DNA from: Eledone cirrhosa
Lineage: Eukaryota
DNA: 64,000 nucleotides
Assembly (NCBI GenBank): GCA_964016885.1
Contig: OZ024743.1
Location: 210,242,001 to 210,306,000, forward strand
Reading direction: 5' to 3'
Of the stretch, positions 12,001 to 27,000 are shown one piece after another. Position 1 is the first letter of the stretch. Each line of letters begins with the position of its first letter. The notes below the pieces were generated by a model. That model did no database searches. It saw only the letters and a list, made by a program, of their open reading frames with translations, and was not told the DNA's origin. The position numbers and the translations under genes are program-made.

Positions 12001-15000
12001 TACGACAGTTTACCATCCTATAGCCAGATGAAAGCTCTTCACTCCATAAGATATACCACAGTTTACCATCCTATAGCCACAGATGAAAGCTGTTCACTCC
12101 CTAAGATATACCACAGTTTACCATCCTATATCCAGATGAAAGCTCTTCACTCCATAAGATATACCACAGTTTACCATCCTAAAGCCACAGATGAAAGCTC
12201 TTTACTCCATAAGATATACCACAGTTTACCATCCTATAGCCACAGATGAAAGCTGTTTACTCCATAAGATATACCACAGTTTACCATCCTATAGCCAGAT
12301 GAAAGCTCTTCACTCCATAAGATATACCACAGTTTACCATCCTATAGCCACAGATGAAAGCTGTTCACTCCATAAGATATACCACAGTTTACCATCCTAT
12401 AGCCAGATGAAAGCTCTTCACTCCATAAGATATACCACAGTTTACCATCCTAAAGCCACAGATGAAAGCTCTTCACTCCATAAGCTATACCACAGTTTAC
12501 CATCCTATAGCCACAGATGAAAGCTCTTCACTCCATAAGAAATACCACAGTTTACCATCCTATAGCCACATATGAAAGCTCTTCACTCCATAAGATATAC
12601 CACATTTTACCATCCTATAGCCACAGATGAAAGCTGTTCACTCCATAAGATATACCACAGTTTACCATCCTATAGCCAGATGAAAGCTCTTCACTCCATA
12701 AGATATACCACAGTTTACCATCCTAAAGCCACAGATGAAAGCTCTTCACTCCATAAGATATACCACAGTTTACCATCCTATAGCCACAGATGAAAGCTCT
12801 TCACTCCATAAGATATACCACAGTTTACCATCCTATAGCCACAGATGAAAGCTCTTCACTCCATAAGATATACCACAGTTTACCATCCTATAGCCACAGA
12901 TGAAAGCTGTTCACTCCATAAGATATACCACAGTTTACCATCCTATAGCCACACATGAAACTTCTTCACTCGATAAGATATACCACAGTTTACCATCCTA
13001 TTGCCACACATGAAAGCTCTTCACTCCATAAGATATACCACAGTTTACCATCCTATAGCCAGATGAAAGCTCTTCACTCCATAAGATATACGACAGTTTA
13101 CCATCCTATAGCCACACATGAAAGCTCTTCAATCCATAAGATATACCCCAGTTTACCATCCTATTGCCAGATGAAAGCTCTTCACTCCATAAGATATACT
13201 AGTTTACCACCCTATAACCACAGATGAAAGCTCTTCACTCCATGAGATATACCACAGTTTACCATCCTATAGCCACGCCACGGATGAAAGCTCTTCACTC
13301 CATAAGATATACCACAGTTTACAATCCTATAGCCACAGATGAAAGCTCTTCACTCCATAAGATATACCACAGTTTACCATCCTATAGCCACAGATGAAAG
13401 CTCTTCACTCCATAAGATATACGACAGTTTACCATCCTATAGCCACACATGAAAGCTCTTCAATCCATAAGATATACCCCAGTTTACCATCCTCTTGCCA
13501 GATGAAAGCTCTTCACTCCATAAGATATACCAGTTTACCACCCTATAACCACAGATGAAAGCTCTTCACTCCATGAGATATACCACAGTTTACCATCCTA
13601 TAGCCAGATGAAAGCTCTTCACTCCATAAGATATACCACAGTTTACCATCCTATAGCCACAGATGAAAGCTGTTCACTCCATAAGATATACCACAGTTTA
13701 CCATCCTATAGCCAGATGAAAGCTCTTCACTCCATAAGATATACCACAGTTTACCATCCTAAAGCCACAGATGAAAGCTCTTCACTCCATAAGCTATACC
13801 ACAGTTTACCATCCTATAGCCACAGATGAAAGCTCTTCACTCCATAAGAAATACCACAGTTTACCATCCTATAGCCACATATGAAAGCTCTTCACTCCAT
13901 AAGATATACCACATTTTACCATCCTATAGCCACAGATGAAAGCTGTTCACTCCATAAGATATACCACAGTTTACCATCCTATAGCCAGATGAAAGCTCTT
14001 CACTCCATAAGATATACCACAGTTTACCATCCTAAAGCCACAGATGAAAGCTCTTCACTCCATAAGATATACCACAGTTTACCATCCTATAGCCACAGAT
14101 GAAAGCTCTTCACTCCATAAGATATACCACAGTTTACCATCCTATAGCCACAGATGAAAGCTCTTCACTCCATAAGATATACCACAGTTTACCATCCTAT
14201 AGCCACAGATGAAAGCTGTTCACTCCATAAGATATACCACAGTTTACCATCCTATAGCCACACATGAAACTTCTTCACTCGATAAGATATACCACAGTTT
14301 ACCATCCTATTGCCACACATGAAAGCTCTTCACTCCATAAGATATACCACAGTTTACCATCCTATAGCCAGATGAAAGCTCTTCACTCCATAAGATATAC
14401 GACAGTTTACCATCCTATAGCCACACATGAAAGCTCTTCAATCCATAAGATATACCCCAGTTTACCATCCTATTGCCAGATGAAAGCTCTTCACTCCATA
14501 AGATATACTAGTTTACCACCCTATAACCACAGATGAAAGCTCTTCACTCCATGAGATATACCACAGTTTACCATCCTATAGCCACGCCACGGATGAAAGC
14601 TCTTCACTCCATAAGATATACCACAGTTTACAATCCTATAGCCACAGATGAAAGCTCTTCACTCCATAAGATATACCACAGTTTACCATCCTATAGCCAC
14701 AGATGAAAGCTCTTCACTCCATAAGATATACGACAGTTTACCATCCTATAGCCACACATGAAAGCTCTTCAATCCATAAGATATACCCCAGTTTACCATC
14801 CTCTTGCCAGATGAAAGCTCTTCACTCCATAAGATATACCAGTTTACCACCCTATAACCACAGATGAAAGCTCTTCACTCCATGAGATATACCACAGTTT
14901 ACCATCCTATAGCCACGCCACGGATGAAAGCTCTTCACTCCATAAGATATACCACAGTTTACAATCCTATAGCCACAGATGAAAGCTCTTCACTCCATAA

Positions 15001-18000
15001 GATATACCACAGTTTACCATCCTATGGCCACAGATGAAAGCTCTTCACTCCATAAGATATACCACAGTTTACCATCCTATAGCCACAGATGAAAGCTCTT
15101 CACTCCATAAGATATACCACAGTTTACCATCCTATAGCCACACATGAAAGCTCTTCACTCCATAAGATATACCACAGTTTACCATCCTATAGCAAGCCAC
15201 GGATGAAAGCTATTTACTCCATAAGATATACCACAGTTTACCATCCTATAGTCACACATGAAAGCTCTTCACTCCATAAGATATAACACAGTTTACCATC
15301 CTATAGCCAGATGAAAGCTCTTCACTCCATAAGATATACCACAGTTTACCATCCTATAGCCACAGATGAAAGCTCTTCACTCCATCAGATATACCACAGT
15401 TTACCATCCTATAGCCACAGATGAAAGCTCTTCACTCCATAAGATATACCACAGTTTACCATCCTATAGCCACAGATGAAAGCTGTTCACTCCATAAGAT
15501 ATACCACAGTTTACCATCCTATAGCCACACATGAAAGTTCTTCACTCGATAAGATATACCACACTTTACCATCCTATAGCCACACATGAAAGCTCTTCAC
15601 TCCATAAGATATACCACAGTTTACCATCCTATAGCCAGATGAAAGCTCTTCACTCCATAAGATATACGACAGTTTACCATCCTATAGCCACACATGAAAG
15701 CTCTTCAATCCATAAGATATACCCCAGTTTACCATGCTATTGCCAGATGAAAGCTCTTCACTCCATAAGATATACCAGTTTACCACCCTATAACCACAGA
15801 TGAAAGCTCTTCACTCCATGAGATATACCACAGTTTACCATCCTATAGCCACGCCAAGGATGAAAGCTCTTCACTCCATAAGATATACCACAGTTTACAA
15901 TCCTATAGCCACAGATGAAAGCTCTTCACTCCATAAGATATACCACAGTTTACCATCCTATGGCCACAGATGAAAGCTCTTCACTCCATAAGATATACCA
16001 CAATTTACCATCCTATAGCCACAGATGAAAGCTCTTCACTCCATAAGATATACCACAGTTTACCATCCTATAGCCACACATGAAAGCTCTTCACTCCATA
16101 AGATATACCACAGTTTACCATCCTATAGTCAAGCCACGGATGAAAGCTCTTCACTCCATAAGATATACCACAGTTTACCAGCCTATAGCCAGATGAAAGC
16201 TCTTCACTCCATAAGATATACCGCAGTTAACCATCCTATAGCCACAGATGAAAGCTCTTCACTCCAAAAGATATACCACAGTTTACCATCCTATAACCAC
16301 AGATGAAAGCTGTTCACTCCATAAGATATACCACAGTTTACCATCCTATAGCCACACATGAAAGCTCTTCACTCCATAAGATATACCACAGTTTACCATC
16401 CTATAGCCACAGATGAAAGCTGTTCACTCCATAATATATACGACAGTTTACCATCCTATAGCCACAGATGAAAGCTGTTCACTCCATAAGATATACGACA
16501 GTTTACCATCCTATAGCCAGATGAAAGCTCTTCACTCCATAAGATATACCACAGTTTACCATCCTATAGCCACAGATGAAAGCTGTTCACTCCCTAAGAT
16601 ATACCACAGTTTACCATCCTATATCCAGATGAAAGCTCTTCACTCCATAAGATATACCACAGTTTACCATCCTAAAGCCACAGATGAAAGCTCTTTACTC
16701 CATAAGATATACCACAGTTTACCATCCTATAGCCACAGATGAAAGCTGTTTACTCCATAAGATATACCACAGTTTACCATCCTATAGCCAGATGAAAGCT
16801 CTTCACTCCATAAGATATACCACAGTTTACCATCCTATAGCCACAGATGAAAGCTGTTCACTCCATAAGATATACCACAGTTTACCATCCTATAGCCAGA
16901 TGAAAGCTCTTCACTCCATAAGATATACCACAGTTTACCATCCTAAAGCCACAGATGAAAGCTCTTCACTCCATAAGCTATACCACAGTTTACCATCCTA
17001 TAGCCACAGATGAAAGCTCTTCACTCCATAAGAAATACCACAGTTTACCATCCTATAGCCACATATGAAAGCTCTTCACTCCATAAGATATACCACAGTT
17101 TACCATCCTATAGCCACAGATGAAAGCTGTTCACTCCATAAGATATACCACAGTTTACCATCCTATAGCCAGATGAAAGCTCTTCACTCCATAAGATATA
17201 CCACAGTTTACCATCCTAAAGCCACAGATGAAACCCCTTCACTCCATAAGATATACCACAGTTTACCATCCTATAGCCACAGATGAAAGCTCTTCACTCC
17301 ATAAGATATACCACAGTTTACCATCCTATAGCCACAGATGAAAGCTCTTCACTCCATAAGATATACCACAGTTTACCATCCTATAGCCACAGATGAAAGC
17401 TGTTCACTCCATAAGATATACCACAGTTTACCATCCTATAGCCACACATGAAAGTTCTTCACTCGATAAGATATACCACAGTTTACCATCCTATAGCCAC
17501 AGATGAAAGCTCTTCACTCCATAAGATATACCATAGTTTACCATCCTATAGCCACACATGAAAGCTCTTCACTCCATAAGATATACCACAGTTTACCATC
17601 CTATAGTCAAGCCACGGATGAAAGCTCTTCACTCCATAAGATATACCACAGTTTACCAGCCTATAGCCAGATGAAAGCTCTTCACTCCATAAGATATACC
17701 GCAGTTAACCATCCTATAGCCACAGATGAAAGCTCTTCACTCCAAAAGATATACCACAGTTTACCATCCTATAACCACAGATGAAAGCTGTTCACTCCAT
17801 AAGATATACCACAGTTTACCATCCTATAGCCACACATGAAAACTCTTCACTCCATAAGATATACCACAGTTTACCATCCTATAGCCAGATGAAAGCTCTT
17901 CACTCCATAAGATATACCGCAGTTAACCATCCTATAGCCACAGATGAAAGCTCTTCACTCCAAAAGATATACCACAGTTTACCATCCTATAGCCAGATGA

Positions 18001-21000
18001 AAGCTCTTCACTCCATAAGATATACCACAGTTTACCATCCTAAAGCCACAGATGAAAGCTCTTCACTCCATAAGCTATACCACAGTTTACCATCCTATAG
18101 CCACAGATGAAAGCTCTTCACTCCATAAGAAATACCACAGTTTACCATCCTATAGCCACATATGAAAGCTCTTCACTCCATAAGATATACCACAGTTTAC
18201 CATCCTATAGCCACAGATGAAAGCTGTTCACTCCATAAGATATACCACAGTTTACCATCCTATAGCCAGATGAAAGCTCTTCACTCCATAAGATATACCA
18301 CAGTTTACCATCCTAAAGCCACAGATGAAAGCTCTTCACTCCATAAGATATACCACAGTTTACCATCCTATAGCCACAGATGAAAGCTCTTCACTCCATA
18401 AGATATACCACAGTTTACCATCCTATAGCCACAGATGAAAGCTCTTCACTCCATAAGATATACCACAGTTTACCATCCTATAGCCACAGATGAAAGCTGT
18501 TCACTCCATAAGATATACCACAGTTTACCATCCTATAGCCACACATGAAAGTTCTTCACTCGATAAGATATACCACAGTTTACCATCTTATTGCCACACA
18601 TGAAAGCTCTTCACTCCATAAGATATACCACAGTTTACCATCCTATAGCCAGATGAAAGCTCTTCACTCCATAAGATATACGACAGTTTACCATCCTATA
18701 GCCACACATGAAAGCTCTTCAATCCATAAGATATACCCCAGTTTACCATCCTATTGCCAGATGAAAGCTCTTCACTCCATAAGATATACTAGTTTACCAA
18801 CCTATAACCACAGATGAAAGCTCTTCACTCCATGAGATATACCACAGTTTACCATCCTATAGCCACGCCACGGATGAAAGCTCTTCACTCCATAAGATAT
18901 ACCACAGTTTACAATCCTATAGCCACAGATGAAAGCTCTTCACTCCATAAGATATACCACAGTTTACCATCCTATAGCCACAGATGAAAGCTCTTCACTC
19001 CATAAGATATACGACAGTTTACCATCCTATAGCCACACATGAAAGCTCTTCAATCCATAAGATATACCCCAGTTTACCATCCTCTTGCCAGATGAAAGCT
19101 CTTCACTCCATAAGATATAACAGTTTACCACCCTATAACCACAGATGAAAGCTCTTCACTCCATGAGATATACCACAGTTTACCATCCTATAGCCACGCC
19201 ACGGATGAAAGCTCTTCACTCCATAAGATATACCACAGTTTACAATCCTATAGCCACAGATGAAAGCTCTTCACTCCATAAGATATACCACAGTTTACCA
19301 TCCTATGGCCACAGATGAAAGCTCTTCACTCCATAAGATATACCACAGTTTACCATCCTATAGCCACAGATGAAAGCTCTTCACTCCATAAGATATACCA
19401 CAGTTTACCATCCTATAGCAAGCCACGGATGAAAGCTCTTTACTCCATAAGATATACCACAGTTTACCATCCTATAGTCACACATGAAAGCTCTTCACTC
19501 CATAAGATATAACACAGTTTACCATCCTATAGCCAGATGAAAGCTCTTCACTCCATAAGATATACCACAGTTTACCATCCTATAGCCACAGATGAAAGCT
19601 GTTCACTCCATAAGATATACCACAGTTTACCATCCTATAGCCACACATGAAAGTTCTTCACTCGATAAGATATACCACACTTTACCATCCTATAGCCACA
19701 CATGAAAGCTCTTCACTCCATAAGATATACCACAGTTTACCATCCTATAGCCAGATGAAAGCTCTTCACTCCATAAGATATACGACAGTTTACCATCCTA
19801 TAGCCACACATGAAAGCTCTTCAATCCATAAGATATACCCCAGTTTACCATGCTATTGCCAGATGAAAGCTCTTCACTCCATAAGATATACCAGTTTACC
19901 ACCCTATAACCACAGATGAAAGCTCTTCACTCCATGAGATATACCACAGTTTACCATCCTATAGCCACGCCACGGATGAAAGCTCTTCACTCCATAAGAT
20001 ATACCACAGTTTACAATCCTATAGCCACAGATGAAAGCTCTTCACTCCATAAGATATACCACAGTTTACCATCCTATGGCCACAGATGAAAGCTCTTCAC
20101 TCCATAAGATATACCACAGTTTACCATCCTATAGCCACAGATGAAAGCTCTTCACTCCATAAGATATACCACAGTTTACCATCCTATAGCCACACATGAA
20201 AGCTCTTCACTCCATAAGATATACCACAGTTTACCATCCTATAGTCAAGCCACGGATGAAAGCTCTTCACTCCATAAGATATACCACAGTTTACCAGCCT
20301 ATAGCCAGATGAAAGCTCTTCACTCCATAAGATATACCGCAGTTAACCATCCTATAGCCACAGATGAAAGCTCTTCACTCCAAAAGATATACCACAGTTT
20401 ACCATCCTATAACCACAGATGAAAGCTGTTCACTCCATAAGATATACCACAGTTTACCATCCTATAGCCACACATGAAAGCTCTTCACTCCATAAGATAT
20501 ACCACAGTTTACCATCCTATAGCCACAGATGAAAGCTGTTCACTCCATAAGATATACGACAGTTTACCATCCTATAGCCAGATGAAAGCTCTTCACTCCA
20601 TAAGATATACCACAGTTTACCATCCTATACCCACAGATGAAAGCTGTTCACTCCCTAAGATATACCACAGTTTACCATCCTATATCCAGATGAAAGCTCT
20701 TCACTCCATAAGATATACCACAGTTTACTATCCTAAAGCCACAGATGAAAGCTCTTTACTCCATAAGATATACCACAGTTTACCATCCTATAGCCACAGA
20801 TGAAAGCTGTTTACTCCATAAGATATACCACAGTTTACCATCCTATAGCCAGATGAAAGCTCTTCACTCCATAAGATATACCACAGTTTACCATCCTATA
20901 GCCACAGATGAAAGCTGTTCACTCCATAAGATATACCACAGTTTACCATCCTATAGCCAGATGAAAGCTCTTCACTCCATAAGATATACCACAGTTTACC

Positions 21001-24000
21001 ATCCTAAAGCCACAGATGAAAGCTCTTCACTCCATAAGCTATACCACAGTTTACCATCCTATAGCCACAGATGAAAGCTCTTCACTCCATAAGAAATACC
21101 ACAGTTTACCATCCTATAGCCACATATGAAAGCTCTTCACTCCATAAGATATACCACAGTTTACCATCCTATAGCCACAGATGAAAGCTGTTCACTCCAT
21201 AAGATATACCACAGTTTACCATCCTATAGCCAGATGAAAGCTCTTCACTCCATAAGATATACCACAGTTTACCATCCTAAAGCCACAGATGAAAGCTCTT
21301 CACTCCATAAGATATACCACAGTTTACCATCCTATAGCCACAGATGAAAGCTCTTCACTCCATAAGATATACCACAGTTTACCATCCTATAGCCACAGAT
21401 GAAAGCTCTTCACTCCATAAGATATACCACAGTTTACCATCCTATAGCCACAGATGAAAGCTGTTCACTCCATAAGATATACCACAGTTTACCATCCTAT
21501 AGCCACACATGAAAGTTCTTCACTCGATAAGATATACCACAGTTTACCATCCTATAGCCACACATGAAAGCTCTTCACTCCATAAGATATACCACAGTTT
21601 ACCATCCTATAGCCAGATGAAAGCTCTTCACTCCATAAGATATACGACAGTTTACCATCCTATAGCCACACATGAAAGCTCTTCAATCCATAAGATATAC
21701 CCCAGTTTACCATCCTATTGCCAGATGAAAGCTCTTCACTCCATAAGATATACCAGTTTACCACCCTATAACCACAGATGAAAGCTCTTCACTCCATGAG
21801 ATATACCACAGTTTACCATCCTATAGCCACGCCACGGATGAAAGCTCTTCACTCCATAAGATATACCACAGTTTACAATCCTATAGCCACAGATGAAAGC
21901 TCTTCACTCCATAAGATATACCACAGTTTACCATCCTATAGCCACAGATGAAAGCTCTTCACTCCATAAGATATACCACAGTTTACCATCCTATAGCCAC
22001 ACATGAAAGCTCTTCACTCCATAAGATATACCACAGTTTACCATCCTATAGCCACAGATGAAAGCTCTTCACTCCATAAGATATACCACAGTTTACCATC
22101 CTATAGCCACACATGAAAGCTCTTCACTCCATAAGATATACGACAGTTTACCATCCTATAGCCACACATGAAAGCTCTTCAATCCATAAGATATACCCCA
22201 GTTTACCATGCTATTGCCAGATGAAAGCTCTTCACTCCATAAGATATACCAGTTTACCACCCTATAACCACAGATGAAAGCTCTTCACTCCATGAGATAT
22301 ACCACAGTTTACCATCCTATAGCCACGCCACGGATGAAAGCTCTTCACTCCATAAGATATACCACAGTTTACAATCCTATAGCCACAGATGAAAGCTCTT
22401 CACTCCATAAGATATACCACAGTTTACCATCCTATGGCCACAGATGAAAGCTCTTCACTCCATAAGATATACCACAGTTTACCATCCTATAGCCACAGAT
22501 GAAAGCTCTTCACTCCATAAGATATACCACAGTTTACCATCCTATAGCCACACATGAAAGCTCTTCACTCCATAAGATATACCACAGTTTACCATCCTAT
22601 AGTCAAGCCACGGATGAAAGCTCTTCACTCCATAAGATATACCACAGTTTACCATCCTATAGTCACACATGAAAGCTCTTCACTCCATAAGATATAACAC
22701 AGTTTACCATCCTATAGCCACAGATGAAAGCTCTTCACTCCAAAAGATATACCACAGTTTACCATCCTATAACCACAGATGAAAGCTGTTCACTCCATAA
22801 GATATACCACAGTTTACCATCCTATAGCCACACATGAAAGCTCTTCACTCCATAAGATATACCACAGTTTACCATCCTATAGCCACAGATGAAAGCTGTT
22901 CACTCCATAATATATACGACAGTTTACCATCCTATAGCCACAGATGAAAGCTGTTCACTCCATAAGATATACGACAGTTTACCATCCTATAGCCAGATGA
23001 AAGCTCTTCACTCCATAAGATATACCACAGTTTACCATCCTATAGCCACAGATGAAAGCTGTTCACTCCCTAAGATATACCACAGTTTACCATCCTATAT
23101 CCAGATGAAAGCTCTTCACTCCATAAGATATACCACAGTTTACCATCCTAAAGCCACAGATGAAAGCTCTTTACTCCATAAGATATACCACAGTTTACCA
23201 TCCTATAGCCACAGATGAAAGCTGTTTACTCCATAAGATATACCACAGTTTACCATCCTATAGCCAGATGAAAGCTCTTCACTCCATAAGATATACCACA
23301 GTTTACCATCCTATAGCCAGATGAAAGCTCTTCACTCCATAAGATATACCACAGTTTACCATCCTAAAGCCACAGATGAAAGCTCTTCACTCCATAAGCT
23401 ATACCACAGTTTACCATCCTATAGCCACAGATGAAAGCTCTTCACTCCATAAGAAATACCACAGTTTACCATCCTATAGCCACATATGAAAGCTCTTCAC
23501 TCCATAAGATATACCACAGTTTACCATCCTATAGCCACAGATGAAAGCTGTTCACTCCATAAGATATACCACAGTTTACCATCCTATAGCCAGATGAAAG
23601 CTCTTCACTCCATAAGATATACCACAGTTTACCATCCTAAAGCCACAGATGAAAGTTCTTCACTCCATAAGATATACCACAGTTTACCATCCTATAGCCA
23701 CAGATGAAAGCTCTTCACTCCATAAGATATACCACAGTTTACCATCCTATAGCCACAGATGAAAGCTCTTCACTCCATAAGTTATACCACAGTTTACCAT
23801 CCTATAGCCACAGATGAAAGCTGTTCACTCCATAAGATATACCACAGTTTACCATCCTATAGCCACACATGAAAGTTCTTCACTCGATAAGATATACCAC
23901 AGTTTACCATCCTATAGCCACACATGAAAGCTGTTCACTCCATAAGATATACCACAGTTTACCATCCTATAGCCAGATGAAAGCTCTTCACTCCATAAGA

Positions 24001-27000
24001 TATACGACAGTTTACCATCCTATAGCCACACATGAAAGCTCTTCAATCCATAAGATATACCCCAGTTTACCATCCTATTGCCAGATGAAAGCTCTTCACT
24101 CCATAAGATATACCAGTTTACCACCCTATAACCACAGATGAAAGCTCTTCACTCCATGAGATATACCACAGTTTACCATCCTATAGCCACGCCACGGATG
24201 AAAGCTCTTCACTCCATAAGATATACCACAGTTTACAATCCTATAGCCACAGATGAAAGCTCTTCACTCCATAAGATATACCACAGTTTACCATCCTATA
24301 GCCACAGATGAAAGCTCTTCACTCCATAAGATATACCACAGTTTACCATCCTATAGCCACACATGAAAGCTCTTCACTCCATAAGATATACCACAGTTTA
24401 CCATCGTATAGTCAAGCCACGGATGAAAGCTCTTCACTCCATAAGATATACCACAGTTTACCATCCTATAGTCACACATGAAAGCTCTTCACTCCATAAG
24501 ATATACCACAGTTTACCATCGTATAGTCAAGCCACGGATGAAAGCTCTTCACTCCATAAGATATACCACAGTTTACCATCCTATAGTCACACATGAAAGC
24601 TCTTCACTCCATAAGATATAACACAGTTTACCATCCTATAGCCAGATGAAAGCTCTTCACTCCATAAGATATACCACAGTTTACCATCCTATAGCCACAG
24701 ATGAAAGCTCTTCACTCCATAAGATATACCACAGTTTACCATCCTATAGCCACACATGACAGCTCTTCACTCCATAAGATATACCACAGTTTACCATCCT
24801 ATAGCCAGATGAAAGCTCTTCACTCCATAAGATATACCGCAGTTAACCATCCTATAGCCACAGATGAAAGCTCTTCACTCCAAAAGATATACCACAGTTT
24901 ACCATCCTATAACCACAGATGAAATCTGTTCACTCCATAAGATATACCACAGTTTACCATCCTATAGCCACACATGAAAGCTCTTCACTCCATAAGATAT
25001 ACCACAGTTTACCATCCTATAGCCACAGATGAAAGCTGTTCACTCCATAATATATACGACAGTTTACCATTCTATAGCCACAGATGAAAGGTGTTCACTC
25101 CATAAGATATACGACAGTTTACCATCCTATAGCCAGATGAAAGCTCTTCACTCCATAAGATATACCACAGTTTACCATCCTATAGCCACAGATGAAAGCT
25201 GTTCACTCCCTAAGATATACCACAGTTTACCATCCTATATCCAGATGAAAGCTCTTCACTCCATAAGATATACCACAGTTTACCATCCTAAAGCCACAGA
25301 TGAAAACTCTTTACTCCATAAGATATACCACAGTTTACCATCCTATAGCCACAGATGAAAGCTGTTTACTCCATAAGATATACCACAGTTTACCATCCTA
25401 TAGCCAGATGAAAGCTCTTCACTCCATAAGATATACCACAGTTTACCATCCTATAGCCACAGATGAAAGCTGTTCACTCCATAAGATATACCACAGTTTA
25501 CCATCCTATAGCCAGATGAAAGCTCTTCACTCCATAAGATATACCACAGTTTACCATCCTAAAGCCACAGATGAAAGCTCTTCACTCCATAAGCTATACC
25601 ACAGTTTACCATCCTATAGCCACAGATGAAAGCTCTTCACTCCATAAGAAATACCACAGTTTACCATCCTATAGCCACAGATGAAGCTCTTCACTCCATA
25701 AGATATACCACAGTTTACCATCCTATAGCCACAGATGAAAGCTGTTCACTCCATAAGATATACCACAGTTTACCATCCTATAGCCAGATGAAAGCTCTTC
25801 ACTCCATAAGATATACCACAGTTTACCATCCTAAAGCCACAGATGAAAGCTCTTCACTCCATAAGATATACCACAGTTTACCATCCTATAGCCACAGATG
25901 AAAGCTCTTCACTCCATAAGATATACCACAGTTTACCATCCTATAGCCACAGATGAAAGCTCTTCACTCCATAAGATATACCACAGTTTACCATCCTATA
26001 GCCACAGATGAAAGCTGTTCACTCCATAAGATATACCACAGTTTACCATCCTATAGCCACACATGAAAGTTCTTCACTCGATAAGATATACCACAGTTTA
26101 CCATCCTATAGCCACACATGAAAGCTCTTCACTCCATAAGATATACCACAGTTTACCATCCTATAGTCAAGCCACGGATGAAAGCTCTTCACTCCATAAG
26201 ATATACCACAGTTTACCATCCTATAGTCACACATGAAAGCTCTTCACTCCATAAGATATAACACAGTTTACCATCCTATAGCCAGATGAAAGCTCTTCAC
26301 TCCATAAGATATACCACAGTTTACCATCCTATAGCCACAGATGAAAGCTCTTCACTCCATAAGATATACCACAGTTTACCATCCTATAGCCACAGATGAA
26401 AGCTCTTCACTCCATAAGATATACCACAGTTTACCATCCTATAGCCACAGATGAAAGCTGTTCACTCCATAAGATATACCACAGTTTACCATCCTATAGC
26501 CACAGATGAAAGCTCTTCACTCCATAAGATATACCACAGTTTACCATCCTATAGCCACACATGACAGATCTTCACTCCATAAGATATACCACAGTTTACC
26601 ATCCTATAGCCAGATGAAAGCTCTTCACTCCATAAGATATACCGCAGTTAACCATCCTATAGCCACAGATGAAAGCTCTTCACTCCAAAAGATATACCAC
26701 AGTTTACCATCCTATAGCCACAGATGAAAGCTGTTCACTCCATAAGATATACCACAGTTTACCATCCTATAGCCACACATGAAAGCTCTTCACTCCATAA
26801 GATATACCACAGTTTACCATCCTATAGCCAGATGAAAGCTCTTCACTCCATAATATATACGACAGTTTACCATCCTATAGCCACAGATGAAAGCTGTTCA
26901 CTCCATAAGATATACGACAGTTTACCATCCTATAGCCAGATGAAAGCTCTTCACTCCATAAGATATACCACAGTTTACCATCCTATAGCCACAGATGAAA

